Assembly: GCA_050949565.1 (NCBI GenBank)
Contig: JBMNFY010000017.1
Location: forward strand, 1,440,001-1,504,000
Length of the DNA stretch: 64,000 bases
Reading direction: 5' to 3'
Source of the DNA: Kiritimatiellia bacterium
GTDB lineage: Bacteria; Verrucomicrobiota; Kiritimatiellia; RFP12; UBA1067
Part shown: positions 8,046 to 18,636 of the stretch, piece by piece
Layout of the letters: the number at the start of each line of letters is the position of its first letter
Numbering within the stretch: the first letter of the stretch is position 1
Program-made: the position numbers and the translations under genes
The notes under the pieces: generated by a model
Seen by the model: only the letters and a program-made list of their open reading frames with translations
Told to the model about the DNA's origin: nothing
Databases searched by the model: none

Positions 8046-11000
8046 TCACTCGCGTGTTTGGCGGATGCGGAAGAAGGCGCGGGCGGGCAAGTTCAGTGCG
8101 GCCGGATCAAGCGTGTAACTGAGCACGGCACCGGTACCCGCGACCGGCGTGTCTGCGTTGACCGGAAGCCAGACGGGAGCGGCCAGGTCCGCGCACCACT
8201 CAATGGTGTAGAAGGTGTGCGGTTTGCTCGCCCATTTCAGTTCTAGGTTGTCGCCCGCCGCAGTCGTCGTCAGTGCGGTAACGCTCAGATTGCGCGTGTC
8301 GACCACTAGCCTGATCGTCGTGCTCAGCGCTGCGCCGGCACCGTCGAAGGCGCGTACGCGGAAGCTGAATGATCCGGTCTGGTCGGCGCGCGGCTGCCAC
8401 TGCACGTGTCCGGTCTCGGAGTCGATCGTCAGTCCTTCTGGACCATCGGACGACAACCTGTAGGTGAAGACGTTGGGCGGTAGGTCGGGATCGTTGTAAC
8501 GCAGTCGCACGGAGAAGGGCTCTTCTCGCCAGAGCATGAAGGTGGTGGGCGAAACGTAGGTGAAGGGCCGGTTGACCTCGTTGACGCGGATGGTCACCTG
8601 CGCGGTGCTGAAGACGCTCGGATCGTCGGCGTCCTCGGCGATTACGGTGATAAGATAATCGCCCGGCCCGTCCGGCTCATCTGTCTGCCAAGTGAACACG
8701 CCGGTTTCGGCATTGAAGACGGCGTTCGAGGGCAACGCGCCCTCTAGCCGCAGGCGCGTCGTGGTGGGATAAGGCGGCATCTCTTCCGCGCGCGTGACGG
8801 TCACGGTGAAAGCGGCGATCTGGCCTTCGTCGACCGTGATATCCACAAGCGGACCGAGTTGCGGGCGGCTGGGTGTTTCCAGTACGCACAGGGTCAGCAG
8901 GGTTTCGTCACAGCCGACTACGCTCAAACCGTCAACCAAGAAGCCGCAGAGGCGCAATGCGTAGAGGCCGGGGCCCTGTGCTTCGCTCGGGGTCCAGGTC
9001 AGTACGCCGCTCTCGGTGTCGAACTGAAGGCCCTCGGGCAGTGCGTCGCCTTCGGTCGGGAAAAGACGGAAGGTGAAAGCGGCGGGCCGCGTCACCGCGA
9101 GGGTGTTGGTGCAGGTGAACGGCTCCTCCTCGCGCAAGACGTAGGGGCCGGGCTGCGCGATCAGCGCTTCCGTGAAGCGTGGGTTGCGGTTGGGCGCGCC
9201 GGGGGTCGGGTTGTCGAAGCGTACGAGATCGCCAGATGCGCCGTTGAACCAGCGGCCCATGCTGGCGGTACCGATCTGTTCGGTCGCGTACTCAAGGCGA
9301 TCGGCCAGTGCCAGCGTCGGTGTGAAGAGACAGATGCGGTCGCCGCTCTTGCTGAGGCCGAAGGGCGCCTGGAGGTTCGCGGGATCGACCGGCAGCGATG
9401 CGGCGTCTTTCGCACCGGTCCAGATACGCAGTGCCGCGCCGGGCGCGAGTACCACACCCGCCGGAATGACCAGCGCTTTGGAGGTGCGCAGGTCCGGCGT
9501 CGGCGGCGATTCGCTGGTCAGGGTGTCGGTGACGACCCAGCCGCCGAGATCGACCGGTTCCGTACCATCGTTGAACAGCTCGAACCAATCATCCTTCTTG
9601 CCGGTAAGCGGGTTGGTAAAGAGGTCGTTCTGCGCCATGAACTCATTGACCACAATGCAGCACTGCGGTCGGTCGGCGCGGTTGGGTGCGCCGGGCGTGG
9701 CGGGGTGGAGCCAACGGCGCTGGTCCGGCGAGCCATCGGGCCAAGCGCCCCATGCCATGTCATCGGCGCAATCGGTAATCTCTAAGGCATCGACCACCAC
9801 CGTGCGGCCATCGAGCGGCGCACGCAGCAGCAGCGTGCCGGAAACAAAATCGAAGCGGAAGCTGGCGTGCAGGTGGCCGGGGGCGCTCTCGTTGGGTTCG
9901 GCATCAAGCCAGACACGCAGGAATGCGCCGGGGTCGATCAAGGTGTCGGGCGGGAAACTCCAACCGGGGTCGCTCTGCGCTGTGGACAGTGTCCAGCCAT
10001 CCAGCGCCACCGCGTTGGTGCCGCTGTTGTAGAGTTCTACCCACGGTTCACGCTCGCCGACGTTGTCGATGGCACCGGTCAGATTGCGCGGCTGGAGTTC
10101 GTTGAGCCAGACCGCCGGCAGGGCCGTGGGCGTCAGCGAGGAGACGTTGGACGCGCCTGGTGTACATGTGACGATTGAGGTCGTCATGATGTCGAGCGTC
10201 ATGCCAAATACGAGGTCGGAGCTGGCACCCTGATTCTGATGGACGCTGACAGCCAGAGTATTGAGGCCGTTGTGCAGAGCGGTGGCGGGTAGCTCGAAGA
10301 CCCCTTGTATTTGGCCTTCCGGCTGGATGTGTGTGGTCGCGACGCTGCTGTCGGTCAGCGGACCGACAGGCATCAACGACGAACGGTGAATCTCTTCGCC
10401 GTTGAGGTAGAAGGCGGCCGCGTCGTCGAGCATGTAGGTGAGCCGTAGCGTGGCGTTGGCGGGATTGCCGCTGTAAGCGAACTTCGTGCGGAAGTAATAG
10501 ACGACACGTCCGCTCACCTTGGGGATGGTAGTGGCGAGCGGGATCGGCAGCGGGTCGGTTTCGAAACCCAGCGGGCCGCGACCGGCGGACCACGCCGCGT
10601 CGTTAAAGGCGGGCACGGTCCATGTGTCGCCGGGATAGTCAGTGAGATAGGACCAGATGTGCGCCCACGGCACGACGGTCACGGTGTTGCTGGTGACGGC
10701 ACTTCCCGCCGCCCAGTTGGCTGGCCGGTTGTTGTCGAGCGCGGGGTTGATGAGTTGCAGGGCGGTGCCCGGCGACACAGCCTCGGGCCAAGGGTAGCGG
10801 TCGCCGTAAGTCACGCGGTCAAGCATTGGGTCGTCAGGCTCGAAGCCCGTCGCGCGCCGGTGCAGGCACAGGGTGCCGGCCAACGGCAGGACACCGCTGT
10901 AGGTGCCGACGACCCGTTGCCGCGCACTGGTGCCGTAGACCTGCGCAATCGCATCAGGGTCAGCCGCGATGATCAGGCACTCGCCGGGGTCTAAGCGTGT

Positions 11001-14000
11001 ACCGCTGGGGAAGGCGAAGGTGACCGCTCCGTCCAGATAGACGCCGGTCAGGTTCATGCATGTTGAGGCCGAGCGGTTGGCGATCTCGATGTATGCGGCG
11101 GTGTTGGTGACCGGATGCGCCATGATCTCGCTGATCACGAGGTAACCCTCCAGCGGATCGAGCGGCGTGCCGGTGTAGACGATCGTGCGGGTGATGTTAC
11201 CGCCGGGCAGGCGTGTACCGTCGGCGGTGAAGGCCTCGATCTGGAAGGCGTTGGTACCGTTATTGAGCACCACCTGTGCGCTCCACATGGTGGACGAGGT
11301 CCACGTGACGGGAGTCTCCGCACCGTTGATGCGCAGGGTGGTGACCGCGAAGGGCGCATCACCGGAGAGAGTCAGGATATTGACGGCGGCCTCCGACGTG
11401 GCTGCGGCCGGCGACGTCACGCGGAATGCGCTGGCGTTGGCGGCGGCGAGCTGACTGGCCACGTTGGCGCGCCGCGTCTCGACATTTGCGAAATGGGCAT
11501 TGTAATCGCCGTTGAGCACGGTGGCGTCGGCGCGTAGCGCGTCGTACTTGGCGCGTGTCCAGGTGCGCAGCGCGGGATCAGCCGAGGCGGCGAGCAACTT
11601 CTCGATGGCCCGCCAGAAGACACGCGCCACGACGGGATGTTTCAAGAAGGTCCGCATCGTCGGGTCATCGGTCATGAATGTGGCGAGCGAAGGATTGATC
11701 GGATCGGTCAGCGGACGGTTCGCGCCAAACGAGACATCGAGGTCCCAGGCGACGAGTTGCCAGCCGGCAGCGCTGTCGTAGAGGTACATATTTTTGCCAC
11801 GGTTGAAGCCGTAGGTGTCGTAGTTGCCGGCGAACTGGTTCATGGCGATCACGCCGACGAAGCCGTCGAGGTTGATCTCCTGCTGGATGCGCTGCGTGTA
11901 GGTGGCGGGATCGGTCGTGTTAAGCATCTCGACCAGCGAGAAGAAGTTGGCGTAGTCATTGGCGCAGAAATTGTCATAGCCGCGCCTTTGCCAGTTCCAA
12001 CGGTAACGACCGGTTTTAAACACCTGACCGCCACCGTCCGGCGCATCGGTCCGATACGGCTGCAGGCGCGCGGTGATGATCGAAAAAGACGAGATATCGA
12101 GTGTGTACTCGAACCAGTCGTCGATCTTGAAGAGGTCGTTGTCGTCGTCTTCCGGGAACCAGTGTTTGATGTAGCTGGCATTGGGTTTCTCGGTGTCCTC
12201 GTAGATCTTTTTACTGAACTGCTCGGTGCCGTTGGCGTAGACGTGAACAAAACGGCGGTGGACATGCGGCAGCCCGAGCGCCTGCACCAACGAGTAGCAA
12301 AACTGCTCGCGGATGCCGATGTCGTCGTTGCCGAGGTTGCCGACGGTCGAGAGCACCATGCCGTCATCATCAAGTACGGTGTCGTCGCTCTGGAAAACCG
12401 CCTCGTAATCAACGGTGCCGGTGCCGATCGGCGACGAATAGTTGCTGTGAAACGGACTGCCGGCGTACATCATGGCGGCATGGTAAAGCACGCGGTCGTT
12501 GCCATAGATGAAGGTGGCGTCGACCGGCGCGTTACTGGCCCGTTCGCGGCGAGTCCAGTAATCGATATTCTCCTGCGTCATCCAGAAGCGGTAGATGCCG
12601 AAGGCGCGGCTGTCGAGCGGTTCGCTGAAACGTATCAGGCACTCGCGCTCGGGGGCGTTGGCCGGGAAGCGGGCGTAGGCGGTAGGCACGCTGCAATCCG
12701 CAGCTTCGATATGGAAGGCGACCAACGCGCCTGCGGGCATCCCTGCCGGAATGTTAGCCGACAGAAAACCGGCCGCGCACGGCCGCATGGGCACCCGGTT
12801 GGTGACGGCCTGGCCTTGCACGCGATAGACAAGGTACGCCCGCGCGAGGCCGTCGGGATCGTGCAACCGCGCATAGACGGTGACCTCTTCACCGGTGCGC
12901 GGCAGGAGAGGCTGGTGGATCACGTCATAGATCGCGGGGGCGGCGTTGGCGGCGCGGCTGTTGGGTTGGCCGGGTGAACCGAGCGCGCGCGTGGTGAGAA
13001 TCGGAGCACAGGCTTCCAGCCAGTTGCCGCGCGTGCGGATCAGCAACTCGGGGCAGCCGGAGATCCAGCGGACACGGGCACGGATGGTGCCGGTGCCGCT
13101 CTTGGGCAGCGTGGCGCTCATGGCGCCGCGGATGACGTTCATGCCGGTGTGGACGCGGTCGGAGGCGCGTAACCTGAGCACGCGCTGGCTATCGAAAGCG
13201 TCGGCGACCGGTTCGATCGCGGAGCGGTCGTGCGTGCCCATGAAACGCCAGTCGGGCGTATCGTGCTCGAACGACGGATTGTTGACGAGGTTCGCGCCGC
13301 CCGCCGCGCGCACCTCGACGGCATCGATCAAGCATTCGCCGGCATCCATTAGCCCGATGTGCATCTCGTTCGGGTCGCCGTTGGAACTGGCGGTGAAGCC
13401 GTGGTCGATGCGTCCGGTGAACTCGATCGTGGTCCACGCGCTCTTCTGCGATTCGTCGCTGGCGGCCCAACTGCGTGCGAGTGTGGGGTCGGTGCGCGGA
13501 TCAATCCGTTCGAGCGAACTGCCGCCGCCGTCCGCCAGTATGTGCCACTCGCCGCCGTCGCGGTAGGTGACACGCTCCACGACCGTGTTGTTTGTGGTGA
13601 CGGAAGGCGCGAGCGGGTCGGTCGTGTCCATCACCGGCACCGGTTGCGAGAGTGTGACGGTATCGCGTTTATTACCGAGTGAGCCGCTGAAACCATCGGG
13701 CGTGGCGAGCGCCGCGCAATCGGGATAGAGCTGTGCAAAAGCGGCGGGATTGCGCGGCACGACCAGATAGCCGCCGGCCGGGATGCTGAGCGACCTGAAG
13801 GTATACGCGATGCCGCCGCCCAGCTTCCAGCCGTCGAGGTTTACGCTCTGCGTGCCGGGGTTGAAGAGTTCGACATACTCCTCGTCTTTGCGCTCGGAGA
13901 TGGGGTTGTACATGATCTCATTGAGCACAACCGGCGCGGGGCGGCGCGGGGTGTTGGGCTCACCCGGCGTAGGCGTCACCAGAATATTCCAGCGCGCATC

Positions 14001-15998
14001 GCCATCGGGGAAACGGCCGTGCGCGACACCGATCTGCTGGTCGTCCAGGCGCAGAGCGTCGATCACATAGCCGCCGGACGCGGCGGGTGCGAAGAGCCAG
14101 ACGGTGTCGCCGCTACCGTTGATCAGGAAGCCGAGCGTAGATTCGTGAAAGACGAGGAAACCGCGCGCGGGGAGTTGGGTGCCGTCGGGGATGAGGTAGC
14201 CGGGTGCGCTGAGGTCGCTGCGTTTGAGCACGCAGCCGCCGAGCGCGAGCGGGGTGTCGGCGAGATTGTGCAACTCGATGAAGCCGGGGGTCGCGCCGGA
14301 GTGGGCCAGCACTTCGTTGATCAGCACGGCCTCGAAGGCGGTGGGACGCGCGGGGTCTGCCGCGCCGGGCGAACCGCCGGGCAAGGCCGAGGCCGACCAG
14401 CCGTCGGCATCACGCTCACCGTAGGAGGGGCGGGCGAGGACCAGAGTGTGGCCCGAGCCGTTGGCGGCGACCGGCCACGACGGGCCGTCGCCGTAGGTCA
14501 CGGTGCTGAGCCAAGCGCCGTGCTCGTCGTACAGCGTGATTTCGCCGCTGTCGTCGAAGGCGTAGGCCTCGAAACCGCCCAACACCCGTTGCAGGCCGGT
14601 GACCGCCATGACATCGGCGGGCGACGGTGCCACGACAAGATAGCCGTTGGCGGCCAGCACGGTGCCGGTCGGGAGCGTGTAGTCGAAGACGCCGGAGAGG
14701 CGGTAGCCGCTGATGTCCTGAAAGAACGGGTTGGAGTTGTACAGCTCCACAAAGCGCAGGTCGCGGCCATCGCTGCGGGCGGCGGGCGTGTGGTTGATCT
14801 CGGTGATGGCGATCGAGGTACGGCGCGAGGAGGGGCCGGGCGATTCGCGTCCGCCGTACACGAGAGCCGCAGGCACCGGTGCATTAAGCGGCGGGGTGAA
14901 GGCATAGCTGGTGAGCGTCAGCGTGTTCGCCGGCACGGCGCAATCCTGCACAGTGAGCGTCAACGTGTGGGACACGCCGGCGGTCAGCGGGGTGTCCATG
15001 TGCAACGCCACACCGGAACCGTCTTCCAGCAACGTCGCGCGAAGCACCGCGTGGCCGCTGACAGCATAGTTGGCGGGGTTGGTGGCCGAAGCGGGAGCGA
15101 GCGGCTCGGAGAAGGAAAGCGCTAGGATACGGCGGTCGTGGAAAACACTCCAGTCGGTCAGCGCAGGCGTGGTGACGTCCGGCACGAGGCGGTAGCAGGC
15201 GGCGGCGCTGGTGACGGTACCGACCAGATTGGAGAGCACACAGCGGAAGAGGCGGTTGCTGTTGGCGAAATCGGCCGTCAGCGTGTAGCTAGGTGCCGTC
15301 GCGCCGGGAATGTTCACGCCGTCGCGCTGCCACTGATAGGTAACGCCGCCTCGGCGCACGGCTTCGACCGAGAAGGTGGCGTTGCGCAGGCCGGCCCATT
15401 GCTCCTCGATGTCAAGCGAGACCGGCTGCGTCCGGATGACAGGCGGATCGAGGTAGGGCGTCAGCACGGCGGCCGGGATGACATTGGTGGCGGTGGTGCC
15501 GGGCACTTGCCAGGCCACAGCGAGGTTATCGCCGCCGCTGTTTTCCTTCTGGAGCACCTCGATGTAGTAGCGCGTGCCGGCGGTGAGGGTGATCGGTGCG
15601 GACTTCTGATTGGCCTCTTTGGTCCACTCGCGTGAACTGGTCCAGCCCGAGACATAGGCGATGCGCCGACGCGAGGCGGGTGTGTGGTCGGTGCCGAGCC
15701 AGAGTTCGCCGCCGTCGTCGGTCGCCACCCAGAAGGTGTAGGAACCGGTGACCGACGGGGTCAGCAACGCCCGCACGCGCTGGCCGTAGTAGTCGGCCAC
15801 GTTGACGCCGGTTTCGAGCTGATTGTTGACGACCTCTTCGACGGTCGGCGAATCAGGAAACGCGGCGGCAGCGGTCAGGTCCGCGACGCGGTTGCCGGGG
15901 ATGCCGGCATAGTATTCACGGTAAAAGCCCTGCTGAGCGCCGAGCGGCAAGCTGACGCAAGCGAGAGCGACGGCTACTAAACAGAGCGACACACGCAT
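8046..15998 (-). CDS. Giant secreted protein: PA14 + Ig-like + ~6 lamin-tail domains + CotH-like kinase + cadherin/Ig-like repeats
   Basis: PA14 (GSYTFWVATDDGGELWL); six [IL][TNS]E[IVLF]...[FYW][VIF]E[LI].N lamin-tail motifs; CotH-like HRRFVHVYANG and NYD...KNMYLY...WDLD.SFG; start set at MRVSLCLVAV. Confidence 0.85.
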   Translation of the reverse strand: MRVSLCLVAVALACVSLPLGAQQGFYREYYAGIPGNRVADLTAAAAFPDSPTVEEVVNNQLETGVNVADYYGQRVRALLTPSVTGSYTFWVATDDGGELWLGTDHTPASRRRIAYVSGWTSSREWTKEANQKSAPITLTAGTRYYIEVLQKENSGGDNLAVAWQVPGTTATNVIPAAVLTPYLDPPVIRTQPVSLDIEEQWAGLRNATFSVEAVRRGGVTYQWQRDGVNIPGATAPSYTLTADFANSNRLFRCVLSNLVGTVTSAAACYRLVPDVTTPALTDWSVFHDRRILALSFSEPLAPASATNPANYAVSGHAVLRATLLEDGSGVALHMDTPLTAGVSHTLTLTVQDCAVPANTLTLTSYAFTPPLNAPVPAALVYGGRESPGPSSRRTSIAITEINHTPAARSDGRDLRFVELYNSNPFFQDISGYRLSGVFDYTLPTGTVLAANGYLVVAPSPADVMAVTGLQRVLGGFEAYAFDDSGEITLYDEHGAWLSTVTYGDGPSWPVAANGSGHTLVLARPSYGERDADGWSASALPGGSPGAADPARPTAFEAVLINEVLAHSGATPGFIELHNLADTPLALGGCVLKRSDLSAPGYLIPDGTQLPARGFLVFHESTLGFLINGSGDTVWLFAPAASGGYVIDALRLDDQQIGVAHGRFPDGDARWNILVTPTPGEPNTPRRPAPVVLNEIMYNPISERKDEEYVELFNPGTQSVNLDGWKLGGGIAYTFRSLSIPAGGYLVVPRNPAAFAQLYPDCAALATPDGFSGSLGNKRDTVTLSQPVPVMDTTDPLAPSVTTNNTVVERVTYRDGGEWHILADGGGSSLERIDPRTDPTLARSWAASDESQKSAWTTIEFTGRIDHGFTASSNGDPNEMHIGLMDAGECLIDAVEVRAAGGANLVNNPSFEHDTPDWRFMGTHDRSAIEPVADAFDSQRVLRLRASDRVHTGMNVIRGAMSATLPKSGTGTIRARVRWISGCPELLIRTRGNWLEACAPILTTRALGSPGQPNSRAANAAPAIYDVIHQPLLPRTGEEVTVYARLHDPDGLARAYLVYRVQGQAVTNRVPMRPCAAGFLSANIPAGMPAGALVAFHIEAADCSVPTAYARFPANAPERECLIRFSEPLDSRAFGIYRFWMTQENIDYWTRRERASNAPVDATFIYGNDRVLYHAAMMYAGSPFHSNYSSPIGTGTVDYEAVFQSDDTVLDDDGMVLSTVGNLGNDDIGIREQFCYSLVQALGLPHVHRRFVHVYANGTEQFSKKIYEDTEKPNASYIKHWFPEDDDNDLFKIDDWFEYTLDISSFSIITARLQPYRTDAPDGGGQVFKTGRYRWNWQRRGYDNFCANDYANFFSLVEMLNTTDPATYTQRIQQEINLDGFVGVIAMNQFAGNYDTYGFNRGKNMYLYDSAAGWQLVAWDLDVSFGANRPLTDPINPSLATFMTDDPTMRTFLKHPVVARVFWRAIEKLLAASADPALRTWTRAKYDALRADATVLNGDYNAHFANVETRRANVASQLAAANASAFRVTSPAAATSEAAVNILTLSGDAPFAVTTLRINGAETPVTWTSSTMWSAQVVLNNGTNAFQIEAFTADGTRLPGGNITRTIVYTGTPLDPLEGYLVISEIMAHPVTNTAAYIEIANRSASTCMNLTGVYLDGAVTFAFPSGTRLDPGECLIIAADPDAIAQVYGTSARQRVVGTYSGVLPLAGTLCLHRRATGFEPDDPMLDRVTYGDRYPWPEAVSPGTALQLINPALDNNRPANWAAGSAVTSNTVTVVPWAHIWSYLTDYPGDTWTVPAFNDAAWSAGRGPLGFETDPLPIPLATTIPKVSGRVVYYFRTKFAYSGNPANATLRLTYMLDDAAAFYLNGEEIHRSSLMPVGPLTDSSVATTHIQPEGQIQGVFELPATALHNGLNTLAVSVHQNQGASSDLVFGMTLDIMTTSIVTCTPGASNVSSLTPTALPAVWLNELQPRNLTGAIDNVGEREPWVELYNSGTNAVALDGWTLSTAQSDPGWSFPPDTLIDPGAFLRVWLDAEPNESAPGHLHASFRFDFVSGTLLLRAPLDGRTVVVDALEITDCADDMAWGAWPDGSPDQRRWLHPATPGAPNRADRPQCCIVVNEFMAQNDLFTNPLTGKKDDWFELFNDGTEPVDLGGWVVTDTLTSESPPTPDLRTSKALVIPAGVVLAPGAALRIWTGAKDAASLPVDPANLQAPFGLSKSGDRICLFTPTLALADRLEYATEQIGTASMGRWFNGASGDLVRFDNPTPGAPNRNPRFTEALIAQPGPYVLREEEPFTCTNTLAVTRPAAFTFRLFPTEGDALPEGLQFDTESGVLTWTPSEAQGPGLYALRLCGFLVDGLSVVGCDETLLTLCVLETPSRPQLGPLVDITVDEGQIAAFTVTVTRAEEMPPYPTTTRLRLEGALPSNAVFNAETGVFTWQTDEPDGPGDYLITVIAEDADDPSVFSTAQVTIRVNEVNRPFTYVSPTTFMLWREEPFSVRLRYNDPDLPPNVFTYRLSSDGPEGLTIDSETGHVQWQPRADQTGSFSFRVRAFDGAGAALSTTIRLVVDTRNLSVTALTTTAAGDNLELKWASKPHTFYTIEWCADLAAPVWLPVNADTPVAGTGAVLSYTLDPAALNLPARAFFRIRQTRE

Positions 15999-16107
15999 GA
16001 GGGCATCCTTCGGTCCGAAGACCAGAAACAAACAGACCTTCTGCCCGCTATTGTAGCGTGTCAGGGGGAGGGTGAACAGCGAATAACGAATTCAGTCTTT
16101 TAGGCTT

Positions 16108-16329
16108 TTATATCACGCGTTCGACCACGATCTCAGGGTCGATCGACTCCCGCAAGCAGCGCTCGATGCCCTGCTTGAGCGTCATTGTGGCGTGCGGGCA
16201 ACTCCCGCAGGCACCGCGCAGGCGCAGCTTGACCGTTTTACCTTCAATCGCCACCACGTCCATGTCGCCGCCATCCGACTGCAACATGCCGCGAAGTTCT
16301 TCCAGTTTGGCCTGAATCTGTTCCGTCAT
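16108..16329 (-). CDS. NifU/NfuA-type Fe-S cluster scaffold domain protein
   Basis: LQSDGGDM...LRGACGSCPHATMTLKQGIE; AAGGAG RBS. Confidence 0.92.
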   Translation of the reverse strand: MTEQIQAKLEELRGMLQSDGGDMDVVAIEGKTVKLRLRGACGSCPHATMTLKQGIERCLRESIDPEIVVERVI

Positions 16330-16381
16330 TGTGGACTCCTTCTCAAAAGGCGGTATGATGCCGAAAACGCGCCGTGCCGTC

Positions 16382-16518
16382 AAGGGGCGGCCGTCTAAAT
16401 AGTCGATGCTGGACCGTCTAAATACCTGTCCCTTAGTCGTCTGTTTTGTTCCGCACGCACACGGAGGTGCGTGGGTACGGGAAGGGGCGGCCGTCTAAAT
16501 ACCTGTCCCTTAGTCGTC
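16382..16518. repeat. Local direct repeats of the CCGTCTAAATACCTGTCCCTTAGTCGT module
   Basis: Copies near 16414 and 16491, a partial one near 16391; reverse-complement relatives near 34508, 39840 and 40101. Confidence 0.7.
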
Positions 16519-16563
16519 GCACAGCCCATCGCGGGCTTTGCCCGCGCACGGGAGCGAAACACG

Positions 16564-16592
16564 TTGACTGCAAAACAGAAGGCATTTATGAT
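16564..16592 (+). promoter_or_regulatory. Sigma70-like promoter of the GH127 gene
   Basis: TTGACT-17 bp-TATGAT, then a GAGGAG RBS before ATG 16628. Confidence 0.6.
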
Positions 16593-16627
16593 GGCTGCGT
16601 AACTGGTATTAGTTTGAGGAGTTTAAA

Positions 16628-18538
16628 ATGAAAAGAGTGATGATTTCTGCGGTTGCTGTCATGATGGTTTTCGCCGCGGCCGCCCAAGATTCCGGGAAGG
16701 CGCGGGCACCGGTCCGCAGCGAGATCGGTGATGTGCGGCTCAAGGGTTTTCTCGGCGAGCGGCTTGATCTGATGATCGAACGTCATGTGATCGGAACAGA
16801 TGTCGATTACATCACCGCCGTGTTCCAAGAAAAGACCGAGACCAAGCGCTGGTGGCAGACGGAATTTTGGGGCAAGTACATGCACTCTGCCATGCCGTAT
16901 CTGCAATACACCGGCTCCGCAAAGCTGAAGACGGCTGTCGACCGCGGCATCGAGCGCATGCTCGCTTCGCAGGAGAAAAACGGTTACATCGGCAACTATC
17001 CGGATGAGCTGCGTTGCGGCGAAGGGTGGGACGTCTGGGGCATGAAGTACACCATGCTGGGGTTCTTGCACTACTATGACGTGACGAAGTCGCAGGAGGT
17101 TTTGGATGCGTGCAAGCGGCTTTGCGATTACGTGATTGCAGAGCTGGGGCCGGACGGCAAGCGCGGCCGGCGCCTGTATCAGACCGGCAACTGGTCCGGC
17201 TATGCCAGTTCGTCGATCTTGGAGCCGGTGATGTGGCTCTATAAGCGGACGCAGGACAAGAAGTACCTCGATTTCGCGACCTACCTCGTCAAGGACATGA
17301 CCGAGGTGGAAGACGGCCCGCGGCTGCTCGACCTCGCCCTGAAGGGCATTTCCGTGGCGGATCGCAACGGTTACGGTAACAAAGCCGAAGCTCACGGCGG
17401 CTACGTGATGAAGCACAACCGCTGGAAGGCCTACGAGATGATGAGCTGTTATCAGGGTATGCTTGAGTACTTCGAGGTGACCGGGCGCAAGGACCTTTTC
17501 GATGCGGCGGTCATGACGGGCAACGACATTATCAAAGAAGAGATCAATCTCGCCGGCGGCTGCGCGTGCTCTGAGGCGTGGTTCCACGGCGCGCGGAAGC
17601 AACACCTGCCCTATCTGCGGCTTCAGGAAACATGTGTCACAACGACGTGGATGCGCTTTTGCGAAAAGCTGCTCGATATGACGGGCGACCCGAAGTGGGC
17701 GGATGAGATTGAGCGCACATTCTACAACGCCTATCTCGGCGCCATGAAGCTGGACGGATCGGAGTTCGCCGGTTACACGCCGCTTTCCGGCAATCGCTAT
17801 CACGGTCAGCACCACTGCTACATGCACACGGACTGCTGCACGGCGAACGGCCCGCGAGGTTTTCTCTGCTTCCTCAAGGGGTTCTTCCGCACGACGGGCA
17901 ATACGGCGATCTTCAACTTCTATGCATCCGCGCTGGTGAAGAGCGTCATTCCCGAGACCGGCAAGACGGTTGCCTTTGACATGTACTCGCTCTATCCGCG
18001 CTCGAATGCTGCCCGGATCGTCAGTCACACCGAAAACGCCGGCGTGGTTCCGCTCAAGCTGCGCATCCCGAAATGGAGCGAAAAGACGGTTGTTAAAGTG
18101 AACGGCCAGGAGCAGCAGGGCGTCGCGCCCGGAGCATACTTCACGATCGAGCGCGAGTGGAAGCTCGGCGACATCGTTGAAATCTACTTTGACATGCCGG
18201 TCATTGCGCACAAACTTGAGCACAACATCGCTTTTACCCGCGGTCCGGTCCTTCTGGCCCGCGACAGCCGCTTCGGCGATGGCGATTTCACCGAGCCGTT
18301 CCGGCAGGGCATCAAGGATGGACAGCGCATGACAGGGTTCTCCGACGTGCGCACGCCGTCGGGTGATATCTGGATGGCGTTTTCAGCGACGCTGCCGATT
18401 GGCTCGCATCATGAAAACCCGGAAGGGCGACTGCCGAGCACCGTCTTCTTCTGCGATTATGCGTCAGCCGGCAACACCTGGCAGCGCGACAACTACTACC
18501 GCACCTGGTTCCCGGAAGAGTACGGCCCGACGGAGTAG
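16628..18538 (+). CDS. GH127/GH146 beta-L-arabinofuranosidase-like glycoside hydrolase
   Basis: Signal peptide; EFWGK, ETC, ERTFYNAYLG, CC.ANG.RG, LRIP.W and RGPVLLA motifs. Confidence 0.88.
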   Translation: MKRVMISAVAVMMVFAAAAQDSGKARAPVRSEIGDVRLKGFLGERLDLMIERHVIGTDVDYITAVFQEKTETKRWWQTEFWGKYMHSAMPYLQYTGSAKLKTAVDRGIERMLASQEKNGYIGNYPDELRCGEGWDVWGMKYTMLGFLHYYDVTKSQEVLDACKRLCDYVIAELGPDGKRGRRLYQTGNWSGYASSSILEPVMWLYKRTQDKKYLDFATYLVKDMTEVEDGPRLLDLALKGISVADRNGYGNKAEAHGGYVMKHNRWKAYEMMSCYQGMLEYFEVTGRKDLFDAAVMTGNDIIKEEINLAGGCACSEAWFHGARKQHLPYLRLQETCVTTTWMRFCEKLLDMTGDPKWADEIERTFYNAYLGAMKLDGSEFAGYTPLSGNRYHGQHHCYMHTDCCTANGPRGFLCFLKGFFRTTGNTAIFNFYASALVKSVIPETGKTVAFDMYSLYPRSNAARIVSHTENAGVVPLKLRIPKWSEKTVVKVNGQEQQGVAPGAYFTIEREWKLGDIVEIYFDMPVIAHKLEHNIAFTRGPVLLARDSRFGDGDFTEPFRQGIKDGQRMTGFSDVRTPSGDIWMAFSATLPIGSHHENPEGRLPSTVFFCDYASAGNTWQRDNYYRTWFPEEYGPTE

Positions 18539-18584
18539 GGAACGCAGAACGCAGAACATCGAACGCAGAACGTATAGCGGTTTG

Positions 18585-18616
18585 CAGGGACGCGCGAGCG
18601 TCCCTGTTTTTTTTTT
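18585..18616 (+). terminator. Intrinsic terminator
   Basis: cagggacgc-gcga-gcgtccctg stem-loop followed by T10. Confidence 0.85.
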
Positions 18617-18636
18617 GACTGGCGACCGGCGAGGCC

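Noticed and set aside
16382-16518. Possible CRISPR array from 27-bp direct repeats
   Set aside because: Only two full copies plus a partial one, irregular spacing and no cas genes; the motif recurs as a dispersed module.
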